Positions 12,543 to 23,484 of a DNA stretch of 64,000 bases are shown in pieces. The stretch lies in contig CAVOML010000024.1 of assembly GCA_963697015.1 (NCBI GenBank), forward strand, positions 12,227-76,226, in the 5' to 3' direction. Position 1 is the first letter of the stretch. Each line of letters opens with the position of its first letter. The notes under the pieces are model-generated. The model saw nothing but the letters and a program-made list of their open reading frames with translations, ran no database searches and was not told where the DNA came from. A program made the position numbers and the translations under genes. Origin of the DNA: an uncultured Alphaproteobacteria bacterium (GTDB taxonomy: Bacteria; Pseudomonadota; Alphaproteobacteria; Rhizobiales; Xanthobacteraceae).

Positions 12543-13796
12543 GTGATTCCTGCCTCTGCGTTCACGCACACCGTCACCGAGCGCTTCCTGCGCTACGTGG
12601 TCATCGACACCCAGTCGGACGTCTCGTCGCCGACCTGCCCTTCCACCGAAAAGCAAAAAGACCTCGGACGGCTACTCGCCAGCGAGTTGCAGGCGATGGG
12701 GATAGCCGACGCCCATCTCGACGAACACGGCTATGTCTATGCGACCATCCCGGCCAACACGACCAGGAAAGTGCCGGTGATCTGCTTCTGCTCGCACATG
12801 GACACGTCACCGGATTGCACGGGCAAGAACGTCAAGCCACAGATCGTCAGGAATTATCGCGGCGGCGACATCGCGCTCCCCGCCGATCCCGCCCAGGTGA
12901 TCCGCGTCGCCGAGCATCCGGAGCTGAACAATCAGATCGGCAACGACATCATCACGACCGACGGCACCACCCTGCTCGGCGCCGACAACAAGGCCGGTGT
13001 CGCCGAGATCATGGATGCCACGCATTTCTTCCTGAACAATCCGCAGGTGAAGCACGGCACCATCAAAATCCTGTTCACGCCGGACGAAGAGATCGGCCGC
13101 GGCGTCGACAACGTCGATCTAAAAAAGCTCGGCGCGGATTTCGCCTACACCATGGACGGCGAGACCGCCGGCTATGTCGAGGACGAGACCTTCTCCGCCG
13201 ATGGCGCCACCATCACCATCGAAGGCGTCTCCACCCATCCGGGCTTTGCCAAGGGCAAGATGGAGCACGCGATCAAGATCGCAGCCGCGATCGTCGATCG
13301 CCTGCCGAAAGCCACTTGCTCGCCGGAAACTACCGAAGGCAGAGAAGGCTTCCTGCATCCGATCGGAATTTCCGGCGCACTTGAGCAGGCGACGATCGGC
13401 TTCATCGTGCGCGACTTCACCGACGAGGGACTGAAGGAGAAAGAAACGCTTCTGGAGAATATCGTCAAGGACGTGATCAAGGACTATCGGCGCTCCACAT
13501 ACCGCATGGAGGTCACGGAGCAGTACCGCAACATGAAACGGGTGATCGACGAGAATCCCAAAATCGTCGACTACGCCATCGAGGCGATCCGTCGCGCGGG
13601 CCTGGAGCCGGTGCGAGGCTCGATCCGCGGCGGCACCGACGGCTCACGGCTCTCGTTCATGGGACTGCCCTGCCCCAACATCTTTGCCGGCGAGCACGCT
13701 TTCCACTCCCGCCTGGAATGGGTCAGCCGTCAGGATATGGAAAAGGCGGTCCAGACCATCGTGCATCTCGCCACGATCTGGGAAGAACGGGCGTAA
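12543..13796 (+). CDS. pepT: Peptidase T (tripeptide aminopeptidase, M20B)
   Basis: SHMDTS, LGADNKAG, FTPDEEIGRG, IRGGTDG, FHSRLEW. Start placed at GTG 12543, downstream of the terminator. Confidence 0.93.
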   Translation: MIPASAFTHTVTERFLRYVVIDTQSDVSSPTCPSTEKQKDLGRLLASELQAMGIADAHLDEHGYVYATIPANTTRKVPVICFCSHMDTSPDCTGKNVKPQIVRNYRGGDIALPADPAQVIRVAEHPELNNQIGNDIITTDGTTLLGADNKAGVAEIMDATHFFLNNPQVKHGTIKILFTPDEEIGRGVDNVDLKKLGADFAYTMDGETAGYVEDETFSADGATITIEGVSTHPGFAKGKMEHAIKIAAAIVDRLPKATCSPETTEGREGFLHPIGISGALEQATIGFIVRDFTDEGLKEKETLLENIVKDVIKDYRRSTYRMEVTEQYRNMKRVIDENPKIVDYAIEAIRRAGLEPVRGSIRGGTDGSRLSFMGLPCPNIFAGEHAFHSRLEWVSRQDMEKAVQTIVHLATIWEERA

Positions 13797-13801
13797 GGCC
13801 C

Positions 13802-14662
13802 TCAAGAGGCGCGCGCCGTCACGATCCAGATTGATCCGGCCAGCGGCACGCTGTCGCCACGAACGAATGGCGTCAGCATTTCCTTCACGGATTTCGCGGC
13901 CGCGGCCCGGGTCTCGGGCGAATGCCCGTCCAGTGCACGGCTCCCCGGCCCGATCTGCAGCGCGGCCTGCACCGCCGCGTCGAGCCCCCGTCCGATCGCG
14001 ATATCGAACGAAAGCGCGACCGGCTCCATCTCGATCGCCTTGTAGCCGGCTTCTCCGAGAATGCGGTTCACCCGCTCCTCCGAGGCAAAGGCGAAGGGAC
14101 CGGGATCCTCCGGGGTCTGCGGCGGCAGCTTTGGCACGTGCTGGTAGATGGCCGCCAACGGCGCCATCATCCACGGATTCTCGCGCGGCTCACGCCAGCA
14201 GGCAAAGGCCACGCGGCCCGATGGCCGCAGCGCCTGGCGCAGATTGGCAAAGGAGATCGCGGGCTCCGCGAAGAACATCACCCCGAAGCGCGAGACCACG
14301 AGATCGAAACTTCCGGGATCGAAGGGATAGACGGTCGCGTCCGCCTGCACGAAATCGACCGGAAGCCCTTTCGGCGCCAGTTGCCGTGCCCGCGACAGCA
14401 TCGGACCGGAGATATCGACGCCGAGCACGCAGCCATTGGGCGCCACCCTCTCGGCGAAGGCGATGCTGGTTGAGCCGCAGCCGCAGCCGACATCGATGAC
14501 ACGGTCGCCGGTCTTGGCGGCGGCACGGTCGATCAAGGCTTTCGAAGCTGGCGCGAGCAAGACGTCCTGTTCGGCCTGGCGATCGGTCCAGCGCTGCCCA
14601 TTTGCGCCGTTCCAATAGGCGATCTGGTCGGCGTTCTTGTCGTGTCCTGTCGGCGTATCCAT
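13802..14662 (-). CDS. Class I SAM-dependent methyltransferase
   Basis: VIDVGCGCG, VDISGPML, FDLVVSRFGVMFF. Confidence 0.92.
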   Translation of the reverse strand: MDTPTGHDKNADQIAYWNGANGQRWTDRQAEQDVLLAPASKALIDRAAAKTGDRVIDVGCGCGSTSIAFAERVAPNGCVLGVDISGPMLSRARQLAPKGLPVDFVQADATVYPFDPGSFDLVVSRFGVMFFAEPAISFANLRQALRPSGRVAFACWREPRENPWMMAPLAAIYQHVPKLPPQTPEDPGPFAFASEERVNRILGEAGYKAIEMEPVALSFDIAIGRGLDAAVQAALQIGPGSRALDGHSPETRAAAAKSVKEMLTPFVRGDSVPLAGSIWIVTARAS

Positions 14663-14828
14663 GAGGTGGATGGTATCGCGCCCGCCGCGACGGGTAAATT
14701 ACTAGGTTTCCAAACATTTAAAATTCATCAACCAAATGCTCAAAATTGACCAAAGGGATAAACTGCATCGCAGCGAACTGGCGTCACAATGGGCTCGCAA
14801 CGGTGGCACCCGAAACGAGTTCGCGGTC

Positions 14829-15077
14829 ATGGATTATCCCCGACTATACCCACGCCAGCGGCCTCAAGGCCGAATCTCGAGTGTAGCCAAGCTGCTCTTT
14901 GGACCGAAAGCACCTGCTGTCGAGTGCATCCTGGTCGACTACTCCGCAGGCGGTGCATGTCTGCAGCTGCAAAAATTCATCGACCTGCCGGCGCGCTTCG
15001 ATATCCTCTATGGCACGACGCGTAAGCGCTGCCGCGTCGTCTGGAAGCGCGGCATGCGCATCGGGGTTGCGTTCTAG
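14829..15077 (+). CDS. Single-domain PilZ protein
   Basis: RxxxR (RLYPR) and DxSxxG (DYSAGG) motifs; C-terminal CRVVWKRGMRIGVAF. Confidence 0.8.
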   Translation: MDYPRLYPRQRPQGRISSVAKLLFGPKAPAVECILVDYSAGGACLQLQKFIDLPARFDILYGTTRKRCRVVWKRGMRIGVAF

Positions 15078-15147
15078 ATTTTTGTTTGCGCATGGTCTTT
15101 TCGGAGAACCGCTACAAACTTTCCCGGATCATCATGCGCTGCGAAAC

Positions 15148-15178
15148 AAAAAAACCCGCCTCGAAGGCGGGTTTTTTT
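15148..15178. terminator. Bidirectional rho-independent terminator
   Basis: A-run, CCCGCC-TCGAA-GGCGGG, T-run between convergent genes. Confidence 0.9.
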
Positions 15179-15182
15179 GCTG

Positions 15183-15488
15183 TTAGCGCCGGACGCCGGC
15201 GTTCGGCGTGGCCGTCCCGGGAGCCGGATTGATGTAAGAATTGCCGGACGGATTCACGGCGCTGTTCGCACCGGCCGCCGCGCTCCCGGCGCTGTTGCCG
15301 AGGCCGCCATTGGCCGTGCTGCCGGTTGTCGATCCGCTCATTCCTGTCGTGGTACCGCTTGAAGTGTTACCGCTCGAGGTGGATCCGCCTGCAGCGGCGG
15401 CGCCGCTCGAGCCGGTGCCACTCTGCGCGAAAGCGAGTGTGTTGGTCAGCACAAGTGCAGTGGTCAGTCCCAGCGTCGCGAGTTTCAT
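15183..15488 (-). CDS. Secreted Gly/Ser/Thr-rich low-complexity protein
   Basis: Signal peptide MKLATLGLTTALVLTNTLAFA, then GSS/GST repeats; RBS GGGAGA. Confidence 0.75.
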   Translation of the reverse strand: MKLATLGLTTALVLTNTLAFAQSGTGSSGAAAAGGSTSSGNTSSGTTTGMSGSTTGSTANGGLGNSAGSAAAGANSAVNPSGNSYINPAPGTATPNAGVRR

Positions 15489-15637
15489 CGCTGTCTCCCT
15501 TTGCTTGACCAGACACAAACGGCCCTGACGCGGAATGTTTCCTGCGCTCACGCAAACGTTGGGGAACACTGGGGATCAGCCCGTCTCCGCCCCGCGGGCC
15601 GACTTGCCCAGCCGGAGCGCGCGAAGCGAGCGAAGGC

Positions 15638-15712
15638 TGGTGGGCGGTGAGAGGATCGAACTCCCGACCAATGGTGTGTAAAACCAGTGCTCTACCGCTG
15701 AGCTAACCGCCC
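15638..15712 (-). tRNA. tRNA-Val(TAC)
   Basis: Reverse complement GGGCGGTTAGCTCAGCGGTAGAGCACTGGTTTTACACACCATTGGTCGGGAGTTCGATCCTCTCACCGCCCACCA. Confidence 0.95.
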
Positions 15713-15764
15713 TTCGGGCGCCTCTTTAGCCTCAGCCCGCCCGTTCGTGCAAGGTCGCAAGCGC

Positions 15765-16166
15765 CTATTCGGTCACCATTCCCGGCAACTTCCTCAGGTC
15801 GTTGATCCAGGGTGCCGCCGAGCGGCACCAGATCTGGCGCGCGGGCGCGAGTTCTGCACGCTGGCAAATACCGCCCCAACGAATCCCGAAATCGCCCGGT
15901 CCGCCCTCGCCGCTTGTGAACAGGGGCGAGCCGCATTCGCCGCAAAAATGCTGAAATCGCGGGCGGCCATTGTCGCCGGTCTTCACGTAGATCTTCGGCG
16001 CCTCGCCCGTCAATCGTATCTGTTCCACTGAGCAAATCACCGTGACCCGATAGGGCGAACCGGTGAGCGACTGGCAATCCGTGCAGTGGCAGATCGAAAC
16101 GTTGTCGGGATCGATGTCGGCCTCGTAGGTCACGCGGCCGCAATGGCATTGACCGTCGATGTGCAT
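15765..16166 (-). CDS. GFA-family (glutathione-dependent formaldehyde-activating) Zn protein
   Basis: GQCHCG, CHCTDCQ, FCGECGSP; start MHIDG with GAGGAG RBS. Confidence 0.9.
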   Translation of the reverse strand: MHIDGQCHCGRVTYEADIDPDNVSICHCTDCQSLTGSPYRVTVICSVEQIRLTGEAPKIYVKTGDNGRPRFQHFCGECGSPLFTSGEGGPGDFGIRWGGICQRAELAPARQIWCRSAAPWINDLRKLPGMVTE

Positions 16167-16233
16167 GGTGCTCCTCGCCTGACCTGGCATCGGCGGTGGC
16201 AAAATAGCAGATGTCGCGCGAGAGCGTGCTGCA

Positions 16234-18172
16234 ATCGGGTAGGAGGACGCCTTGCGGCGTCCCCCTCCCACACCACCGTACGTACGGTCCCGTATACGGC
16301 GGTTCGTCAAGCACGATTGAGGTGGCGGTGCAGTCCGATGAGGGACGGCAAACCGAGTTGTACGAAGAAGGCGGCGCGATAGGCATCGTTCATGTGGCTG
16401 GCCCCGGCATTCCACCAAGGACCGCGGCCGTTATAGGCCGATCGCCATGCCCGCTCCGGATCGAGCCCGCGTTGCATCAAGCGTTTGCGGCGCGTCCGTG
16501 GTCGTTTCCACTGGCGCCAGAGGACACAGCGCAGTTTGCGCCGCATCCAACCGTCAAGCTCCTCGAACACCCCTTTGGCCTGCGCCAGCCGGAAGTATTG
16601 CAGCCAGCCGCGCAGGATGGGGGTCAGGGTTCTGACGGTCGTTGCCAGTGTTCGTCCACGCCCTTGGCGCAGCGTCGTCCTCAGCTTGCTCCGCAACCGT
16701 TTCACGCTTTTGGCCGCCACCCGAAGGCGCGGTTGTTGGTGAGCGGTCATGGTGTAGCCGAGGAAGGTCCGTACCCAAGGACGGTCAACCGCGCTCTTCG
16801 CTGCGTTGACCTTGAGCCGCAGCCGCTCGGTCAGGAATCGCGTGATCGACGCCATCACCCGATCGCCGGCCCGCCGCGTCCGAACATAAATGTTGCAGTC
16901 GTCGGCGTAACGGCAGAAGGCATGGCCCCGTCGCTCGAGTTCCTTGTCCAGATCGTCGAGCAGGATGTTCGACAGCAGCGGCGACAAAGGACCGCCTTGC
17001 GGCGTGCCTTCGCTCCGTGCCGTCGTGATCCCGCCCGTCATCAATCCAGCCCGCAGGTAGCGGCGGATCAGCCGCAGCACCCGTCTGTCCGCGACCCGGC
17101 GCACCACCCGTGCCATCAGCACGTCATGGTTCACCCGGTCGAAGAACTTCTCCAGGTCAAGGTCGACGACGAAGCGTCGGCCTTCGACCACATGCGCCCG
17201 TGCGGCAAGCACCGCATCGTGCGCACTGCGCCCCGGACGGAAGCCGTACGAGCCCTTAGAGAAGCCTGGATCGAACAGCGGCATCAACACCTGATGCATC
17301 GCCTGCTGGATCAGCCGATCCACCACCGTCGGAATGCCCAATTGGCGCATCCCTCCGCCGGGCTTGGGGATATCCACCCCGCGCACCGGCTGCGGCCGGT
17401 AGCGGCCTTCCAGCAGTTCTTCCCTGATGCGCGGCCAATGCTCCTTCAGATGCGGCTGCAATTGCTCCACGCTCATCCGATCGATGCCCGCAGCGCCTTT
17501 GTTCGCCATCACCCGATGGTAGGCCGCCATCATGTTATCTCGGCTGACGATCTCCTCCATCAGCCGCACTTCCACCTCCGGAGGGGAAGGTTGCGGTCTT
17601 GCCGTGGCGATTGATGCACTCATTCCCTGCTCTGGCGGCTTCCGGCCGCTGCCCTCGGGGTGAGCACAACGCATCTCAGCGTCATCGTCTGCATCTGTTG
17701 CCACCATCGACAGACCGGCCTCCTCCGGTACTCGACGTTCGGCCCTTCGCCGGCTTGGTGCTGCCGACTACTACGGCCTCTGCTGACTTCTGCCGTCCCA
17801 TCCCGACGCCTTGCGACGCCGGTAGCACACCCGTTGCCGGGGGCAGGACGACAGACCTCCCAGGGTCAGTCGCGTGACCTTCGTGCCATATACCTGTCGC
17901 ATCTACGGCCGCATCCTCCGGGTGATATCGGGCTTCGGGTATTTGGGCTCCCTCGCCCGGATGCGGACGCCTCTTATGCGCTGGCTGTTCGTCAGGCCGG
18001 CACTTTGCTTACAGCTTCCTTCAGACCCCGCCTCGCGGCGACAGCCCTTGCTGTTCGGCTAACGGTTCCCATCACCAGGGTCCGTAGAGGACTCTCACCT
18101 CCAAGTCATCGACCGGACACCACGCCGGTCAAATCGCGCCAGTCACGGCGCTCCGCGCCATGCCTGGCGCAC
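16234..18172 (-). mobile_element. Group II intron, class C (IIC), full length (~1.94 kb)
   Basis: 5' end GTGCG at 18172. Domain V GAACCGCCGTATACGGGACCGTACGTACGGTGGTGT, domain VI hairpin ending CCTACCCGAT at 16234. Located 2 nt after the U-tract of the lon terminator. Confidence 0.93.
16307..17707 (-). CDS. ltrA: Group II intron reverse transcriptase/maturase (no endonuclease domain); true start uncertain
   Basis: KGAAGID, IPKPGGGMRQLGIPTVVDR, GTPQGGPLSPLLSNI, RYADD, domain X (LRGWLQYF). Confidence 0.96.
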   Translation of the reverse strand: MVATDADDDAEMRCAHPEGSGRKPPEQGMSASIATARPQPSPPEVEVRLMEEIVSRDNMMAAYHRVMANKGAAGIDRMSVEQLQPHLKEHWPRIREELLEGRYRPQPVRGVDIPKPGGGMRQLGIPTVVDRLIQQAMHQVLMPLFDPGFSKGSYGFRPGRSAHDAVLAARAHVVEGRRFVVDLDLEKFFDRVNHDVLMARVVRRVADRRVLRLIRRYLRAGLMTGGITTARSEGTPQGGPLSPLLSNILLDDLDKELERRGHAFCRYADDCNIYVRTRRAGDRVMASITRFLTERLRLKVNAAKSAVDRPWVRTFLGYTMTAHQQPRLRVAAKSVKRLRSKLRTTLRQGRGRTLATTVRTLTPILRGWLQYFRLAQAKGVFEELDGWMRRKLRCVLWRQWKRPRTRRKRLMQRGLDPERAWRSAYNGRGPWWNAGASHMNDAYRAAFFVQLGLPSLIGLHRHLNRA

Positions 18173-18174
18173 CC

Positions 18175-18202
18175 AAAAAAGCGGCGCCCGAAGGGGCGCC
18201 GC
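18175..18202 (-). terminator. lon rho-independent terminator (intron target)
   Basis: Minus strand GCGGCGCCC-CTTC-GGGCGCCGC-TTTTTT, then GG and the intron start GTGCG. Confidence 0.92.
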
Positions 18203-18223
18203 TCTCGTCATATTCGCTCCGGC

Positions 18224-20650
18224 CTAGTGGGCGGTCAGGCCGCCACCCGCTTCATCCGAGGCATCCGGGGTGACGGCCACCTTGGGATCCTCTTCCCAGA
18301 CGATCGGCACGGGCACGCGAACCAGCGCCCTGGCAACGACCTCGTCGAGACGGGAAACCGGAATGATCTCCATGCCGCCCTTGATCGCATCGGAAATCTC
18401 CGTGAGATCCTTGGCGTTGTCCTCGGGGATCAGCACCGTCTTAATGCCGCCACGGGCAGCGGCGAGCAGCTTCTCCTTCAAGCCGCCGATCGGCAGCACA
18501 CGGCCTCGCAGCGTGATCTCGCCCGTCATCGCGACATCATGGCGGACCGGAATGCCGGTCATGACCGAGATGATCGCGGTAGCCATGGCGACGCCGGCCG
18601 ACGGTCCGTCCTTCGGGGTCGCCCCCTCCGGCACGTGGACGTGGATATCCCGCCTTTCGAACAGCGGCGGCTCGATGCCGTAGACGATCGCGCGCGAACG
18701 GACATAGGACGCCGCCGCCGAGATCAACTCCTTCATCACGTCGCGCAGGTTGCCCGTCACCGTCATCTTGCCCTTGCCGGGCATCATGACGCCTTCGATG
18801 GTGAGCAACTCGCCGCCGACATCGGTCCAGGCCAGACCGGTAACGATACCGATCTGATCCTCGCTCTCGATCTCGCCAAAGCGGTATTTCGGCACGCCAA
18901 GAAAATCTTCCAAAGTCTTCTCGGTGACCTTGACCGACTTCTTCTTGGAGATCATCAGCTCCTTCACGGCCTTGCGGGCCAGCGTCGAAAGCTCACGCTC
19001 CAGGTTGCGCACGCCGGCTTCGCGGGTGTAGCGGCGGATCATCAGAAGCAGCGCGTCGTCGTCGATCGACCATTCCTTGGAATCCAGGCCGTGCTTCGAC
19101 AGCGCGTTCGGGATCAGATGCTTGCGCGCGATCTCGAGCTTCTCGTTCTCGGTGTAGCCTGCGATCCGGATAATCTCCATGCGGTCCATCAGCGGGCCCG
19201 GAATGTTCAGCGTGTTCGCGGTCGTGATGAACATGACGTTGGAGAGATCGTAATCGACCTCGAGATAGTGATCGTTGAAGGTCGAGTTCTGCTCGGGGTC
19301 CAGCACCTCAAGCAGCGCCGACGACGGGTCGCCGCGGAAATCGGCGCCCATCTTGTCGATCTCGTCCAGCAGGAACAGCGGATTCGAGGTCTTCGCCTTC
19401 CGCATCGACTGGATGACCTTGCCGGGCATCGAGCCGATATAGGTGCGGCGGTGACCGCGAATCTCGGCCTCGTCGCGAACACCGCCGAGCGAGACGCGCA
19501 CGAATTCACGCCCTGTCGCCTTCGCGATCGACTTGCCGAGCGAGGTCTTGCCGACGCCGGGAGGCCCGACCAGGCACAGGATCGGTCCGGTCAGTTTGTT
19601 GGCGCGCGACTGCACGGCGAGATACTCGACGATGCGGTCCTTGACCTTCTCGAGCCCGTAATGGTCGTTGTCGAGGATGGTCTGCGCGGCCACCAGATCC
19701 TTCTTCACCTTGGATTTCTTGTTCCACGGGATCGACAGCAGCCAATCCAGATAGTTGCGCACGACGGTCGCCTCCGCGGACATCGGCGACATCTGGCGCA
19801 GCTTCTTCAGCTCATGCTGTGCCTTCTCGCGGGCTTCCTTGGAGAGCTTGGTCTTGGCGATCTTCTCCTCGAGATCGGCGAGCTCGTCGCGGCCGTCCTC
19901 GTCGCCCAGCTCCTTCTGGATCGCCTTCATCTGCTCGTTCAGGTAATACTCGCGCTGGGTCTTCTCCATCTGGCGCTTGACGCGCGAGCGGATGCGCTTC
20001 TCGACCTGCAGGACAGAGATTTCGCTCTCCATCAGGCCCAGCACCTTCTCGAGGCGCTGCGGCACCGACAGCGTCTCCAGGATGGCCTGACGATCGGCGA
20101 TCTTGACCGCGAGATGGGAGGCAACGGCGTCACCAAGCTTGGCGAAATCGGTGATCGCCTGCACGACGCCGACGACCTCGGCCGAGATCTTCTTGTTCAG
20201 CTTCACATAGCTTTCGAAGTCGGACACCACCGAACGCGCCAAGGCTTCCGCCTCGACGGATTTGGCGTCGGCATCGGCGAGCGCGACCGCAGTCGCCTCG
20301 TAGTATTCGGTGCGCGGCGAATATTTCTCCACGCGCGCGCGCTCAAGGCCTTCGACCAGCACCTTCACGGTGCCGTCGGGCAATTTCAGCAACTGCAGGA
20401 CGCTCGCCAGCGTACCGGTCTCATAGATCGAGTCCGGCGCTGGATCGTCGTCCGACGCATTCTTCTGCGTCGCGAGCAGCACCAGCGCGTCATTCTTCAT
20501 GACCTCTTCGAGCGCGCGGATCGATTTCTCGCGGCCGACGAAGAGCGGCACAATGTTGTGCGGAAAAACCACGATGTCGCGCAGCGGCAGCACCGGGTAG
20601 GAATGGGTTTCGCCGTAGGCGATAGTTGGCCGGGGTTTTGGGGTAGTCAT
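18224..20650 (-). CDS. lon: ATP-dependent protease La
   Basis: GPPGVGKTS Walker A, PKDGPSAG catalytic Ser, TGEITLRG. Confidence 0.99.
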   Translation of the reverse strand: MTTPKPRPTIAYGETHSYPVLPLRDIVVFPHNIVPLFVGREKSIRALEEVMKNDALVLLATQKNASDDDPAPDSIYETGTLASVLQLLKLPDGTVKVLVEGLERARVEKYSPRTEYYEATAVALADADAKSVEAEALARSVVSDFESYVKLNKKISAEVVGVVQAITDFAKLGDAVASHLAVKIADRQAILETLSVPQRLEKVLGLMESEISVLQVEKRIRSRVKRQMEKTQREYYLNEQMKAIQKELGDEDGRDELADLEEKIAKTKLSKEAREKAQHELKKLRQMSPMSAEATVVRNYLDWLLSIPWNKKSKVKKDLVAAQTILDNDHYGLEKVKDRIVEYLAVQSRANKLTGPILCLVGPPGVGKTSLGKSIAKATGREFVRVSLGGVRDEAEIRGHRRTYIGSMPGKVIQSMRKAKTSNPLFLLDEIDKMGADFRGDPSSALLEVLDPEQNSTFNDHYLEVDYDLSNVMFITTANTLNIPGPLMDRMEIIRIAGYTENEKLEIARKHLIPNALSKHGLDSKEWSIDDDALLLMIRRYTREAGVRNLERELSTLARKAVKELMISKKKSVKVTEKTLEDFLGVPKYRFGEIESEDQIGIVTGLAWTDVGGELLTIEGVMMPGKGKMTVTGNLRDVMKELISAAASYVRSRAIVYGIEPPLFERRDIHVHVPEGATPKDGPSAGVAMATAIISVMTGIPVRHDVAMTGEITLRGRVLPIGGLKEKLLAAARGGIKTVLIPEDNAKDLTEISDAIKGGMEIIPVSRLDEVVARALVRVPVPIVWEEDPKVAVTPDASDEAGGGLTAH

Positions 20651-20959
20651 GGCCTGTTCCTTTTGTTGTGCCCCCTTGCACGCAGCCCGCCCGATTGCGC
20701 AACCGCCACAAGGTGCCGAAATGACCGGACCTGGCTCGACCCTGAGTTTGGAGGCCGGGCTTTGTCCCGATCGTTATTCTGGCGAATCCAGCGAAAGTTT
20801 TTCATCGCCGACAGCATTAGGTGGCTATCGGGTGGGGGGGTGTCAAGTGTGAGGAAACCCCCGCCAATTGCGGCTTCTACGCTATCGAAGGCTACGCAAA
20901 GGGGCCGCGAAAAACACTCTTCGCGGCCTTGATTTGTGGGCAGGACGCGCCCGCAGCGA

Positions 20960-22234
20960 TCAGGCGCTGGCGCTGCTTTCCACCGCGCGATCGGAACGAT
21001 CGGCGTAGATGTAGAGCGGACGCGCGGTGCCTTCGACGACCTCGCGCGAGATCACCACTTCCTCGACGCCTTCCAGGCCAGGAAGGTCGAACATGGTTTC
21101 GAGCAGAATGCTTTCGAGGATCGACCGCAAACCACGCGCACCGGTCTTGCGCTCGATCGCCCTGCGCGCAACCGCGCCAAGCGCTTCGTCGGCGAAGGTG
21201 AGCTCGATGTTCTCCATCTCGAACAGCCGCTGGTACTGCTTGACCAGCGCGTTCTTCGGATCGGTCAGGATCTTCTTGAGCGAGGCCTCATCGAGGTCTT
21301 CGAGCGTCGCAACGACCGGCAAGCGGCCGACGAACTCCGGAATGAGACCGTACTTGAGCAGATCCTCCGGCTCGACATGGCGGAAGATTTCACCGGTACG
21401 GCGGTCCTCCGGCGCGAGTACCTGCGCCGCGAAACCGATCGAGGTCGAACGGCCGCGCGCGGAAATGATCTTCTCCAGCCCTGAGAACGCACCACCGCAG
21501 ATGAACAGGATGTTGGTGGTGTCGACCTGCAGGAACTCCTGCTGCGGATGCTTGCGGCCCCCCTGCGGCGGCACGGAGGCCACCGTGCCTTCCATGATCT
21601 TGAGCAGCGCCTGCTGCACGCCCTCGCCCGAGACGTCGCGGGTGATCGAGGGATTGTCGGACTTGCGGCTGATCTTGTCGATTTCGTCGATGTAGACGAT
21701 GCCTCGCTGGGCGCGCTCGACATTGTAATCCGCCGACTGCAACAACTTCAGGATGATGTTCTCGACGTCCTCACCGACATAGCCGGCTTCGGTCAGCGTC
21801 GTTGCGTCCGCCATCGTGAAGGGCACGTCGAGGATGCGCGCCAGCGTCTGGGCCAGCAGCGTCTTGCCCGAACCGGTCGGACCGATCAGCAGGATGTTCG
21901 ATTTCGCGAGCTCGACATCGTTATGCTTGGTCTGGTGATTGAGCCGCTTGTAGTGGTTGTGCACGGCGACCGAGAGCACCTTCTTGGCGTGGCTCTGGCC
22001 GATCACGTAGTCGTCGAGGACCTTGCAGATTTCCTTCGGGGTCGGGATGCCGTCGCGCGACTTGACCAGCGAGGATTTGTTCTCCTCGCGGATGATGTCC
22101 ATGCAGAGTTCGACGCATTCGTCGCAGATGAAAACCGTGGGACCCGCGATCAGCTTGCGGACTTCGTGCTGGCTCTTGCCGCAGAAGGAGCAATACAGCG
22201 TGTTCTTGGAGTCGCTCGTGCCGACCTTACTCAT
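20960..22234 (-). CDS. clpX: Clp protease ATP-binding subunit
   Basis: Zn finger CSFCGK...[15 protein letters not shown] loop. Confidence 0.99.
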   Translation of the reverse strand: MSKVGTSDSKNTLYCSFCGKSQHEVRKLIAGPTVFICDECVELCMDIIREENKSSLVKSRDGIPTPKEICKVLDDYVIGQSHAKKVLSVAVHNHYKRLNHQTKHNDVELAKSNILLIGPTGSGKTLLAQTLARILDVPFTMADATTLTEAGYVGEDVENIILKLLQSADYNVERAQRGIVYIDEIDKISRKSDNPSITRDVSGEGVQQALLKIMEGTVASVPPQGGRKHPQQEFLQVDTTNILFICGGAFSGLEKIISARGRSTSIGFAAQVLAPEDRRTGEIFRHVEPEDLLKYGLIPEFVGRLPVVATLEDLDEASLKKILTDPKNALVKQYQRLFEMENIELTFADEALGAVARRAIERKTGARGLRSILESILLETMFDLPGLEGVEEVVISREVVEGTARPLYIYADRSDRAVESSASA

Positions 22235-22647
22235 TCATTGTCTCCGTCCGCCGTTCGACTTCGCTCGATCGCTCCATATCGGGTCGGTGCCGTCATGGAA
22301 ATTGTAGATAGAGCAAATTCCGTACCAAAAAAGACCCTACGCCTGACATGCCGTGCGAATCACGGCTTTGTTCGAATCTCCCGCGATCATAACCGATCAC
22401 TGGTAGCCAACCATGCTGACACCCGACTATCAAGAATTCGCTAACCGCGCCTGGCGCGCAACACCGTGACAATACCGTGATTTACGGAATTGGCACGGTC
22501 TGAATTTGCGGAAATCGGCCAGGCGTTGCGCGATTGCCACGCCATCAACGGGCACGAAAGCGGAACTTTTTGGCCCGACGCCGGGCAAAGGCCCCGGTTC
22601 GGGCCTAAAGCCGCCTTCCACCGTAGTATACCGGTAACCTTGCCGCG

Positions 22648-23283
22648 CTACGCGGCCTTGGCGGTTGCCGGATCCTCCGGTCGCTTGTCGATCACCTTGT
22701 CGACAAGGCCGAACGCCCTCGCATCCTCGGCGGTGAGGAACTTGTCGCGCTCGAGCGCGTCCTCGATCGTCTTGTAGGCTTGGCCGGTGTGCTTGACGTA
22801 GATCTCGTTGAGCCGCTTCTTCAGATTCAGGATTTCCTGCGCATGCAGCATGATATCGGTGGCCTGGCCCTGGAAGCCGCCGGAGGGCTGATGCACCATG
22901 ATGCGCGAGTTCGGCAGCGAGAAGCGCATGTCCTTCTCGCCGGCGCAGAGCAGCAGCGAGCCCATCGAGGCCGCCTGCCCCGTGCACAGCGTCGACACCG
23001 CCGGACGGATGAACTGCATGGTGTCGTAGATCGCGAGGCCCGATGTCACCACGCCGCCGGGCGAGTTGATGTACATCGAGATTTCCTTCTTCGGATTGTC
23101 GGCTTCGAGGAAGAGAAGCTGGGCTACGACGAGCGTCGACATGCCGTCCTCGATCGGACCGGTGACGAAGATGATGCGCTCTTTCAGGAGGCGCGAGAAA
23201 ATGTCGTAGGCGCGTTCCCCGCGGTTGGTCTGCTCGACCACCATCGGAACGAGGTTCATGTAGGTTTCAACGGGATCGCGCAT
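22648..23283 (-). CDS. clpP: Clp protease proteolytic subunit
   Basis: [27 protein letters not shown]. Confidence 0.99.
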   Translation of the reverse strand: MRDPVETYMNLVPMVVEQTNRGERAYDIFSRLLKERIIFVTGPIEDGMSTLVVAQLLFLEADNPKKEISMYINSPGGVVTSGLAIYDTMQFIRPAVSTLCTGQAASMGSLLLCAGEKDMRFSLPNSRIMVHQPSGGFQGQATDIMLHAQEILNLKKRLNEIYVKHTGQAYKTIEDALERDKFLTAEDARAFGLVDKVIDKRPEDPATAKAA

Positions 23284-23331
23284 GATGCACCCAAGAGTTG
23301 GCAGGACAAGGGTTGGGAAGACAGGTTGACA

Positions 23332-23358
23332 AATATGGACCCGTTTCCCGGCGGCAAG
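23332..23358 (-). promoter_or_regulatory. Candidate RpoH (sigma32)-type promoter for clpP
   Basis: Minus strand CTTGCC-N14-CCATATT upstream of clpP resembles the rhizobial RpoH consensus. Confidence 0.4.
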
Positions 23359-23484
23359 ACCTAGCCGAAAGAGCAGGTCGAATTGAGGCCGGATCAGTCA
23401 AGCCGATTCGGCAAAAGCCGCCTAGCGCCAGAACTCGCCGTCAGGCTGCTTTCACCGTTCATCATTAATACCGGACTGATCCGA

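Noticed and set aside
15638-18172. tRNA-Val-anchored integrative element including the RT
   Set aside because: No integrase or att duplication; the RT is fully explained by the group IIC intron with defined ends.
17660-20932. 1090-aa plus-strand ORF antisense to lon
   Set aside because: Shadow ORF typical of high-GC coding sequence, with no domain motifs. The same applies to 23383..24960, 42667..44013, 53268..54869 and similar ORFs.
22490-22510. TGGCAC...TTGC resembling a sigma54 promoter between clpP and clpX
   Set aside because: GG-to-GC spacing is 14 nt rather than the required 10.
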